A stretch of 64,000 nucleotides of DNA from Lingula anatina (Eukaryota > Animalia > Brachiopoda): positions 23,870,001 to 23,934,000 of the forward strand of contig CM120642.1 in the NCBI GenBank assembly GCA_051362555.1, written 5' to 3'. The notes beneath the pieces were generated by a model. That model saw nothing but the letters and a program-made list of their open reading frames with translations, made no database searches and was not told where the DNA came from. A program made the translations under genes and the position numbers. Positions 38,295 to 51,007 of the stretch are shown here, one piece after another; the stretch's first letter is position 1, and the number at the start of each line of letters is the position of its first letter.

Positions 38295-41200
38295 TTTTAA
38301 TATGTGTCTCCTTGTCGGACTGAGGAAGTTGTGTACTTGCTTTAAGAGGTTGAAAAGGAAACAAGTGTTATTGTCATGGAATCATTTCAAAACCACGGAT
38401 TTCTCAATGAGAAGTTTGGTGCTTTGTATTGCATATGTGCAGTTGCCTGTGCAGTTGCCTGTGCACATCTTTGTGTACTGTATATATTTACGTGACTATT
38501 TGTGAATGTTTTCATATCTTTTCATCATTAATTGATTTCATATATATGATGAGCATCATGCTCTTGCTTAGAAGCACTTACACTAATAGATAAGTCAGTG
38601 AAACAGCACTAATAGTTTGTCCTAATTCGATCTTTATCCTTCTGCCATTGTTGTATTGATATCTTTTGACTTTTGTACCTGATAACACGTCTATGTCCAT
38701 GCAGTCCATCCTGCTATCATTGAACTAGTTGTAGGGCCTTTTTACTAGTGCCATTGCAATTTGATCCTATATAGCCTACTTGGCAGATGTTTTCAGATTA
38801 GTTCCCTTACTTAATTGACACGTCTCCTAGACTTCCTCATTTGAAAGTGGTATGACTTCATGCTTGTTAAGTGTTTGTCATTAAACTCTCTCCCTTCTCG
38901 AAAAAAATAATAATTAAGAGAAAGAGTGCAACAACATTATTATTAATTAAAACCTTGTAACCCTGAGTTTCGAGTTGAGTGTTTGGGAAATGGACTGCTA
39001 CATTATCAGCATCCATTATAACATAGGGCAATTTCCAGAAACTTGGAAACTAGATGCTGGGGTAGCACTAGCACTCGCCAATTTAGCCAAATGCTAAAAC
39101 TGACTTAAATTGGCTAAACAAAAATGACTTGATTTGATGAATTTTAGTCAAATTAAAACCATTTCACAACAAATTGACAAAAAAGTGATGATTTGGCTAA
39201 GCGAAAAAAATTGCTAGCGCTACCCCAGAGATGTGTTTTCGATGGTGTAAGTTCCTTGCTAACATATAGTGGCCTGAAGATAAATGGTAAGGAAGAGGTA
39301 ATGGCATGATTTCCCATGCTTCTAATTAGAACTGTTGCACATAATGTGCTGTAATGAATACTGTACAAACATTACTACCCAGGGTTAGGTCCATCGTTTT
39401 TTAGCTTCACAGACAAACACAGACTGTTGTTATAAGGTCATATTGACATGAAACTCTAGGAACTCAGCAAGTAGAACTTGGTATACCATGCACATATGAA
39501 AATGTCCTAAAGTCATATTTTCTGTCTACATATATATATATATCTTGTAATGCTACTTATTTTTCCCAATTAGGATAAGTCCTCTCAAAAGAAATTTACT
39601 ACGATGTCAATATTTCCTTTCGAAATGTGCAGGAAGACATGGTGGTCAAGGTGACATGTTTGTCATTTAGAACTTAATGATACTGTAGTTGTATTTTGTA
39701 AAGGTATGAGACGGGGAAACACCAGTGGTTTGAAGAATCTCTGATCCTCTCCATTTTGATTATATTACCTATGCATATGATGTTTTCAGTCTGTCGTCTG
39801 TTTACTTTCATTATATCAGTCATAACATTCTATGTTACCACTCCTTACCTCTTGACTAATTGATAATCTTCAAGACAGAAAATTAATTAGTATGAGTACT
39901 TTCTTTGACTGGCATGTTCCCCCTCTCTTATTTAATAGTTATAATTGTATCTTTTTGGGCATTGAGTTCATTTTTTGCATTTTGCTAAATAGCTGCAAAA
40001 TAGTAATGATTTATAAGACATTGTCAACCTCTAAGGATAAGTAAATTATCTTTCACAGGTTTTTTTTTTTTTTTTTGCCGTGCAAGAATAGACAGTGTCT
40101 CACTCAGCCCCATAGTTTTAATAGATTGGTTGGCACGAACATTTCTCCTTAGGTGACAGAGTATGGCTCAGGCCCAGCATGTAATTATCAAATTGCCAAA
40201 GGTCTTTGGTATCAAAATATTCATGTGGTTGTCCTTTGATCTCTCATTGTTTAGTATGATGGATACAGGTGAAGTATATAATATACACCTGGAGCCAATG
40301 CAAAGGTATAGGCTTAATTCAAGTCGTATGAAGGAAATTTCTGTTTGTGTTTCGGAACCGCGAATTACTGACTTCAACCCCTGAATTAATGGCCTGAAAT
40401 GGCCATTGCATGTTTAATTTTATCAAAAATACAGACTCTGAGCATCGAGTTATATTAGGAAACCCATAACTGCATGTGTTTGTTTGTGTGTGAGAGTGTA
40501 AATTATATATGCATCATGATCTAGATCTGATGTCTATGTCCTAAATTTATGTGCCCATATGTGCCAGCTTTTTCATTTTCAAATCTCCATATGTGCATGC
40601 TTCTTGCTATAATCAGGTGTATTTGTAAGAAGTAGAAATGAAGAAGCTGACCTGCACTGCCAGTGACACTGAAACATGGCCCATAGTCTTTTAGTAGTGG
40701 TTACTGGTAGTTACGGATGAAAACACATGCAATGACACACTTTGAAAATGATTCTCCTTGGATTTTAACATGCCATTTTCTTTTAATGATAGTTGCATAG
40801 AATGTGCTCAAGGGATGTGAACTAAATGAATGATAAAGAATTAGACCTACCCGGCAGTGGAACTGTTTTAAAATTGGAACCACACCTAAAACAACATGGG
40901 GAAAAACCAAGATACTAGTATGTAGCTATTGAACACATATTACATTTTTGGTGTATTCCTAGTTTTCACATATTTACAAAAAAAAAAAAAAAAAAAAAAG
41001 AGAGAGAGAGAGACAGGACTCGCCAAATCATTAGAAATCAAGACTTGGTCTATATTCAAGGAGATCAGTGTGATCCAGCATTGTAAACAGCAGAAGATAT
41101 ATTGTTTTAGAGTAGAAGATATGGGCGTTTCTGTAATTAATTGATAAAAACTGCCATATTGTTGAATTGATGGTATTTTTTATCTTTGGCAATTTCCTCT

Positions 41201-44200
41201 TCAGTCTGTCACTTGTTTTACCTACATAAAGTACAGGTATACTATTGCAAGGAAGTTGTACTAACAAGTGTAAAGATTGATATTTTTTAAATAGTACACT
41301 AATTATGCAGTATCTGTTTTCTAGTCACATCTATCACACAGAGAGCCAAAAATATAGTCCTGCGCCCTTCTCATTTCATCCCGAGTTTGTGTGGGCTTTT
41401 TCTACGTCAATAGACACGGTTTTTTATCAGTGACTTCACTTGTCACCAACTGTAGAGATAACAGTACCACTAATAATAATAATAATGATTTATTGGTCCC
41501 TGTTACATTATCAGATTTGCTAGTTTTTCACTCTACTAAGAACAAACATTTGCACATTCATACATTTATAATGATTACAGCTTGTTATGTACGGTAATGA
41601 ATATTTAAGTTTCAGCATGCTTCGAATGTATGTGTTTACCAATTTACTAGTAGTAAATACTGATATGTAGAATTGAGAGATATATGGCAAATGTAAAATG
41701 TCAATGACTGTTCAGTCAGAAGATGGTATTCTTTTGAAATACAAGCATTTCTTTAAAAGCAAAATCAATAAAAATGGTATTTTTCGAATGGGTTCTATCT
41801 ACTACATACCAGAAGCCAAAAAAGTTGCATTAATTGCCCTTGAAACCAGAGGAAATTATTCCCATGAGAAACATGTGGATCAACAAAAGTTTTTTTGTCT
41901 GATAACGATATTCCCCAGTGGATCTGTGCTGTCATATTTGGTGCACCTGGAGGCTTTGAGTCATTGGATTAAAGTCAGATTTAGAGGAAGGCGTGAATAA
42001 TTTTGTCTGGGGTGGTGTTGATATCTGGCATCCAGAAGCCAGGTGAATCAATTAATTTGTCATCTAATTAATTGATCTGGAATGAAATTATTGGATGCTT
42101 AACAAAGTATGTGGTTCAGGTTTTGTAGGCACCTTGAAATTCTCGGGGTGGTCTATTAGACATTGACACTGGGCCTACACCAAATAAGATACCAGGCTGG
42201 CCTGTAATATTTTAGGGGTATGTGCATTTACTTGCCCCTATATCTGTGTTGGAGACAGGATTCCTTAAAATGGACTGTGGTTCAATAAAATACTGCACAT
42301 AGGTTCATATTTTTTCATTTATAGAACTCAATTTCACACTGAATGGTATAAATTATATACTTAAGGTATAAAACTGTATCATTACACTTTGAGAGGATGA
42401 GAGAGAGAGTAACCTAAAAAAAAGCTTTTGAAAGTGAGTAAAAAACCCCAAAAACATAATTAATTCTCTGAAACTATACTGTATCATCTGTTACACTAAA
42501 CCACACTGCTATGTAAAGAGCTTGAGTTATGATAAGTGCAGATGTATACATGAACTGGAGAGTTTATATCCTCTGACTCCTCTCTGGAAATCTAGAATTA
42601 CGGTTATTACTCAAAAAATTGTGAATAACAACCCTAATTTTAGATTTTTAAGAAGGATGTAAGTGTTTCAAATTAATCACTTTTCAATATGTTCTTTTAT
42701 TTTGAATATTTTTTAAAGTTATTATTTGGTGACTCACAGATTTACTTTTAGACTGTAAACCAGAATACCATCCGGAAGTATCAGATCAAATTTTTAGGTT
42801 TCAGAAGCAATCTTGATTTCACTTAATTTTGTTTCGATTGATTTTGTACCCCACCCCCCCACCCCCTCCCGACATTCAAACCAGGTAGCGTTTACTTCAA
42901 TTTGTCAACACAAATGAAGAACTTATAAGGAAACAGTAGGAAGTTGCCTGGCTATGAAAGATTGCATGGATTTACCTTAATGTGTTTTGTCAGGTGAGCA
43001 AGGGTGTTCACCTCACAGAATAACCAGGCAATTTACTCTGTAACTTAAAATTAAGTAAAGCAAGTAACTATTTAGAATTTATTATAAAGTTATCCATGTT
43101 GTACTAAGATGGCTCCTCGTAGGCAGTTGTTCTGTGAATGAAGTCAATTATTCTCAGTAAATCTGTGGCTAGATGATAGGGAATTAGAGGCTTTTCCAGC
43201 TGTCTTCACTTGCAGGATCTGTGTTTTACCTGTAGGAGAGCAGTGTAGAAACATGGCCCCACTCTTTGCAGGTTAATGTAGGAAAACTATGCCACCCGGC
43301 ACAGGTTAAGAAGGTATACTGTGGAGAATGCAAACTGTAAATATCAGCATATGGCTGTAGTGATAATGTTAGTGGAAGGAATAAAAGGGATCTGATTGTA
43401 AGCGTATGTGTTTTTTATCTACAAGGGGAAGTTGGATATAAAAAAGGCCATGAACAAGGATATTGTTAGAGCATTGTTTGAAATGTGGGTGTTGAGGATT
43501 GATAAAAGACTTGTCGATATAATTATTTGTAAATTTATCTTCAACAGTGAGGGGAGATGAGGGGGGGGGCATAGTTTGTTTGACAGTCTCCCATCATGAT
43601 CTACACTCTTAGACCCCATTTACATAGATTTTAGATCGATCTATCCCTGTGGGGAGTCTCACTAGATTACTGTCAGCTTGGCCAGCTTAAGCATCTGTCC
43701 AGCCTACTAAAAGCTGTAAGGGGGTAATTAACAATGGTGCGCGCTCGGCTGACTGCAATTTAGCGTGAACCCCCAGGGAGTTAGGTCGATCTAAATCTCT
43801 GGGAATACACCCTTAGAGCCCATCCAGAACAAGCTGATCTGCAGACTAACAGATTCGCGTACAAAATGGCTAATCCACTTAAAAGCAATGAGGCTAATTC
43901 CCTGATGGTCTCCCCACCTCCACAAGCACCATCGATACAAGGGTCTAGCAATTAAAACTCAGACCCAAGATTTAATCCATTTAATGGCCTGTGTGGAGGT
44001 GGGGAGACCATCAGGAAACTAGGATGGCTTGATTTTTAGTGTGGTCGGCCATATTTAGTGGGTGGATCAGTTATTGCGTGGATCATTGGTTCTGAATGCA
44101 CTCTTAGTACTTCAAATGGCCCCAAGTATTGATTGAGTAGACATATAGAGTTTTTAAAAAAATCCTGGCTGTCTTTGAAAAAATCATTAAACTCCGGGCA

Positions 44201-47200
44201 GGGATTAGGGCAATGAAATCCCCTTAGAAACACTCAGATGCCATTTTTATTAATGCGTGAAAAAATGAAGATTACTGTATGAAGCTCTTTTATTGAATTT
44301 TTTTCTTGTATATTTTCAGGACCAGTATGATAACGTAGCGTCTCATACACAGAAGGGCATAGATTTCTGTGAGAGATTTGGGCAGTTTGTCAAAGAAAGA
44401 TGCCAGATAGAAGTCAAATATGCAGGAGAACTCAAGTAAGTGAACATCCACTAACGATGTATGAAAATAAGGTTTTCAGTCGCGAGTGAATGCACATGAA
44501 TTTCCTCAAAGTTGTTTGGATACACATAATCAGTTCGTTGAATGCTACATTATTCTCTAGTCAGAATAGGTTGATAAACAGGGGCCAGGAATAATTGCTC
44601 AGTGTTGTTTTTACCTGTATTACATAATGTGCATTAGATCTAATGGTCAGAAGACACAAACAAGACCCTGTTTCCTAAGCTGAGTTATAGCATGCAAACA
44701 CGACAGTACTAGTTACCTAGTGCAAGTCTCCCGCTGGCGTAGAAGTTTTCGGACAAATGCGAAAAAAAAAATTTAAATGGTTGTGTTACTTTGTCTAGAG
44801 ATGTTTGATTTTTTCAGTGTTTTTGTTTTTTACAAATTGGTAATGCAACCATTCATCTATTGGCTTCATTGCCTCTTGCAGATAGTCACTAGATTAAATA
44901 AGGATATTTTCATTATTGTGTGAGCTTTTTTTATGGAAAAAATATTGAAATTTGCACGATTTTGTTTGTATAAATTTTTATCCAAAACCTGAAAAAGCTG
45001 GCTAAAGTTAATGACTGAAGTGAAGTGGTTTTCTTTCTTTATTTGCAAATCACATGAGCCAGTCCAAAATTTGACCTTCCTACACATGCTTCACACCTTG
45101 TCAAAATCTGAAAACTGAAAAATTTTAGCCTTCTTCATTCAACACTGGCTTGCATACAGTGGTTGATAGAAGAAAGTTAACATACTTTTTGACTCCACTG
45201 AATATACTATTGGAATTGGTAATTTGCCCAGATCACACTGAGCCCCACTTGTTTATATCTGGTCTGCTATCAGTAATTCGGAAACTCCTGTCGTGTACCT
45301 GCCAGGAACCTGTAACTTAGGTTACAGACAGTCAAACCTAGCACCTGGCTGGACGCTGGGGCTGACCAAGCACCTGTCTGACCGGGATTCAAGGGTCCTT
45401 CATGAGTGGCGATCCTCAATCACCCACTATCTGCACTTTTTATTTTTCAACATCAGCAGTACTTTGATAGAGAAAATTAAAGGTGGCCCTCAGCAAGTGG
45501 TCAAGCAATCAATAATTGAGACAACTACTTGATATGAGACAACTACAATATGCCTTTAAAAATTGAATTTTTAAAGGCATATTGTAGTTGTCTCATATCA
45601 AGTGATAGGTACAACATATATATATATATACTAAGGTGTGCTTCCTAAAAGTTTTCTGTGGCCTCACACAAGAAGTGCATAAATGGGGTCGAAACCAACT
45701 AGAACAAAAAAAATGTTGTCGGTGGTGATTTGGTCAAATGACCACTTGCGACTGACCTCCAGACTGATCACAACTGCCAGTCAGTACAAAGCTGTTACAT
45801 TCATTTGTGTCATTATACAAGGCACTACCTTGTTTCCTTGGTTTCATAACATAATTCAGTTATTACGGCATTGATTATTATGGCTATGCTAGGGTAGAAC
45901 ATACAAAGAAGTACTGTAATTTCATATAATACACAATAGGGCTTCTACTTCGAGAAATGGCTTTGCTGCAAAAACACCTTTTATTTTCATGCCTGTTGTG
46001 TTTAACGTCAACATTGAAACAAAATTCTTTTATTCTGTTATGCCTGAAATTACATCAGATTTGTGGATCGCCATCTTTCGATTTTTTTTTTCCGTGTGTG
46101 TGTGTGTGTGTATTATACCAGCATATCTTTCAAGTTATTTCTGTCTGAAAATCTGAATTATGTCTTTAGGAAGATTTTAGTAGATGTTAAAAAAAAAAGC
46201 ATAGGTTCATACAAGGTCATGTATTGAGTCATCTCTACTATTGTAAGGGTTTATCATAACATGAAAGGGCTTTCCGCCCTGGAGAATAGTTGCCTTTGAA
46301 GTCTTAACAGCAAAGATGTCTGTCAAATAAACATATAGATTTTAAAATATTTTTGTTGATGCTTGTCGCCATGGATACTTATAATATACTTGGGCTGAAG
46401 AAAATGAAAGGATCTGTTCAAACTTTATGTAACCAATTATAGCTGTCTTGGCTCAAAATTTGAGCATCCTGCATTGTGAAATACTTTGCTGGATCAGAAT
46501 TTAGGTTTGTGTGCTCTGTGCAGTTTAAGCCAGTGAAGGCATATGCACCACTCTTTCACCTGGGTCTGTGTATAATTTTCACCTGCCATTAAAATGACTT
46601 GGAGTCAGCCAGGTGGAACTTATGTGTACAGTTAAACCCTGTCACCGAGGCTGTATTACAAATATCTTCAGATAGAATATAAGGGCTTTTAAAACTTTTA
46701 GACAAAAATTATAGTCTTCTTTAGTCCAAGATGCACCTGTAGTGGTCCAATAAATTAAAACTTTTGCACCAGCATTGTAGCAAGAAAGACTTGGCCGATG
46801 CTTCATCAATATTTACTGTGTTTAAGTTCCCTTATCATGGGTTAAGCTTTATCTGAATTTTTTTAATATGTATTGTATATTCTGATCGGTCTGTCCATCC
46901 ATGCCGTTGCCATCGCTCTCTGACTCTTGACGTTTGCCAACTGCAGCATTATTGTTATACTTAAAATGTTCTTAGTGGCTTTGTTTGATAAAGAGACAGC
47001 TTTCTTTTTGAAACGGCATGGTTTAATTACTTTAATGGTAATAATGAATTTTTTGCTTTTATTTTGTTGATGTTTCTTCCTTTTTGGTGTCTGTATTTTT
47101 GACGGCTTTGCTGTCTAGTTTTTAATTTTGGTCTAAAATTTTTAGACCAGTATTCAGGCAGATATCCTTTGTGAAACTTCCCCACAGTTCTGATAGTGGC

Positions 47201-50012
47201 ATGGCAACCAGGGCATGACTTCTATATCTGTGGAATTTTATATTTTTGTGGCTTCCTGTTGAATTGAGAAAGCACCGTAGTTGTTTTTATGATCGTCCTT
47301 TTCCACAGTGGCAGAGGCATGTATGTAAGAAGTTGGATCTGTGAAGATTGTGGAAAGCTCATTTTTATTTTTGTATTTTTATCTTGAAAAAGCTAACCAC
47401 TACCAGAAAGAATTTGATCTTTATAATTGATTAATTAAGTAATGTCATAATATCGCTATAACTTTCCTATTTGCACCCCAAATGAAATTTAGAGCAAAAT
47501 ACAGTATATTATTTTGATTCATTGGCATTCACACATGTAATTTGTATACAAAAGCATAATATGGGTACAAGAAATAGTGTTACAAGGTATTCATGTTTCC
47601 ATATTAAAAAAAAAATCATTTAGGATGTTTGATTGAGACAAATTAAGTCTATTGTCTTGTGAGTAAGGATACATCATGCAGCAAGATCTTGTTTGTTATT
47701 TTTGAGCTGTCACGTTTATGTTCTCACAGCAGCTGGTGAATGAGGTAATTAATTATTTGAATTAAGCATTAAGTGGATTAATTATCCAATTATCCACAGA
47801 ATAAGGACTTTGCTTAAAAGACTTTCGTTGGACCAGAACCACGGAACTTTTATGTGCAAGGAAAAGGCCATGTGTGATTGTGTGTGTTCAGGTATATGTG
47901 CGTGTGTGCAAATGTGGAGGGAAAGTGATTTGTTACATGTGATGTTTTTTAGTGTAAGTTAAGTGTCACATGACAAATGAATTTCTTTAATAATGAACCA
48001 AGACTCCTCTTTATCTTCCGAGACGACATATTTCTTTGGGTGCCCTTATTAATTGATAGTATTGCACTTCTCATAGAAAGGTGATCAGGCTGCAAATATG
48101 GATGAGGGGGATAATTAAGCGACAGCCTCTCCTTCAGAAATATGTAATTAGGCTCTTAGCCCACTGAGGAATGGGTATAAGCTGTTTGCAGTCCACCAAA
48201 ATCTATATGACTACATAATGTTTTGTTTGCTTGCTAATTGGGATTCACTACTAATTCAATTCCTCTGAAGGCATTAGTTACTTAATACATGCTCCTCTTT
48301 CCGTGATATTGTTTGCCCTGTCTAGTACAAAGTATAGACTCGTTGCATGGCAAATTAATCTCGATGCTGTCAAATTATAGTAATGCCATGAAGATAATGT
48401 TCAGAAAATAAATACCAGACAATATTATATTGTGAGAGATGGGTTTCCATGGGTGATCATACATATTTGACATTGCACATGAGCGTCAGACATAAATCTA
48501 GGCACCAGGATTTTGTGATAACATTTGAGAAATGAAGAGAAAGAGAGAAAAGAATACTAGTACTTGGTTTTTGTGCATAAGCACACATGGGGACTCTTTT
48601 ATTCCTAGGTATGTCAAATGAGTCGCACACAGACCACAAGTCACAACTTCTAACTAAACAACTAATCAGCTGAAGACAGCAGTTGAAAAAACTAAACTGA
48701 AATAATAGAAATCATCTAACGCTTGCTCATGTATGATGTTGTATAATGTCTTAGGAATAATGGGATTGTTTCCAATACTAAAGTTCTACTGAAGTTCTCT
48801 GAAGGTGTGCAAAAAGGCTTTTTATTGTACAAGTCAAACCCAATTTGTTACTAACAAAACATATTTATCTGTTTTACAGAAAATTGGTCAAGAAATATCA
48901 GCCCGCCAATAAAAAAGAAGATGAAGAGTCGGCGTAAGTATGGAGTCAAACAAGGTTTATGTTTCACAAAAAGTATGAAATAAAGATTAATTTCAGTGAG
49001 GTTAGTAAATGATAAAAACAGAAATATTACTTTTGCATCATCAGACAATCTAAATAAACACAATCTATATCAGTTCCATCACCATAACCAAAAACCCGGG
49101 CCATTGATTAATGCATGAAAGGCAGAAAAATAACAGCTGAAATCAAGTTTTTGTCTGTTATGTGTACATCTTTTGCCAATGAATATTTAAGAGATGTTGT
49201 TTTAAATATAATTTAAGTAGTATCTCAACAACATTAGAGATTACTTTGACACCATTTTAATGCATCTTTAAATCAGTTTTGGGGCTTGAAACTTAGCAAC
49301 CTAAAGGCTGCTGACCTCATTGCACAAATTGCGATTGTCTTGTTAAAAGTTTTTACTATCGATGCAGTGGTGACTGTGTACATAATCGTATATTAAACAC
49401 ATTTATTGCAGACCAATCATTCTTTAAAGATTTTAGACCTTTGTCATAATACAAGCCATTTTGCCTAGCCAGCTATTTTTTTAGCAGTCTAAACCTACCC
49501 CAAGAACTTATTGTAACTTTCCTGTGGAATGGCCTCTAGAGTTTTCCCTAGGACATAGTTGACCCTGTTATCTTCTCCTTCCATCATCACATGACAACTG
49601 TTTGTCATTGTTACTGAACATAATAGCCATGTTCAGGTGATGGCAAAATAAGATTATTAACAGACCTAACTTCCTTTATCCCAAAATAATTTAACACAGA
49701 GTTTAATACAATAAATTAACAACAAAAGTATTTGGGGTACCTTGTCAGACCAGCTTTGGCATCTGCTGATGTTAGAATAATAAGCAGAATGAAGGTGGGG
49801 GTGTGGGTTGAGAAGACCAATTTACAGGTACAGGTAGATAGACAGATGAGCACATACTCCTCACGTTATATCACATATACACAGATGGATAGACAGACAG
49901 AGAAGCACTTATTGTATACACAGTAGAAGAGTTTTGCTAAGATAATGGAGGGGAGCAGTTGCATTGCATGTAATATATAATTTTCATGTGGAGACAAAAT
50001 GAGAAAACACAC

Positions 50013-50044
<32 letters not shown>

Positions 50045-50959
50045 CAATTTGCTCCTCTATGAACCATCATTGTGCATTCAACACATCACACGTACGAAAT
50101 GCACATACCAACCCTTTATTCCCTTACTAGTAATGCCTGTGGCCTGTCATATAAAAGTGATATAGTAGTATCAAAGGGTGATTTGTATATATTTATACCT
50201 CCACAGTGCAAAGGACTTACTATCACATGCATTTCATTACCCACATTTCCTTTAATGAAAACCCTTGCCCTAATACATTATTTAAAAATTTCAACCATAG
50301 GCTCTTGGTTGGAATCTATGTACAGCTTTATTATCAGTATCATGTATGTCTGTGAAATTCAGCAATTTTCATTAACATGTATGAATGTTTTAGTCATGTC
50401 ACTTAAAATGTAAAGAAGAATGAAATGTAACAGACATCCTTTTTCAAATTATGTCACAGAAGAATCAATTGTAAGCAAATACATCACTGTAGAGGTGAAA
50501 GGTACAATTTGTATCTAAACACATCAAAACATCTACTAGTATTCTCTTTTCACTGTAGTGTAGTCAACTTCAATCTGATTTCAAAACGTAAATTGATAAA
50601 TTTTCTAGTGATGTGCACAATTTAGCTCATAAATGAAGAAAAAAATCAATATTAAAATAAAAAAAGAAGAAAAAATATCGGCGTATTTTCAGGTTTTCTG
50701 TGGTGCAGGGCTTCCTTGCCATGCTGAAAGAGGTTCATGATATTGCCGGTCAACATGAGCTGATCTCAGAGAACATGGCCAGCAGTGTCATCAAAGAGGT
50801 CCTCTCTTTAGCACATGAAGTTAAACAGGAGAGGAAAAAGGTGAGGTTCTAATTCTAATCTGTGAGTATGGCAACAGAGCAGTGTGCATCCCTACATTAG
50901 TCACTACATCTATTTGTTTGTTTATGCATGTGTGCACACATGCATGCTGATGCACACAC

Positions 50960-51007
<48 letters not shown>

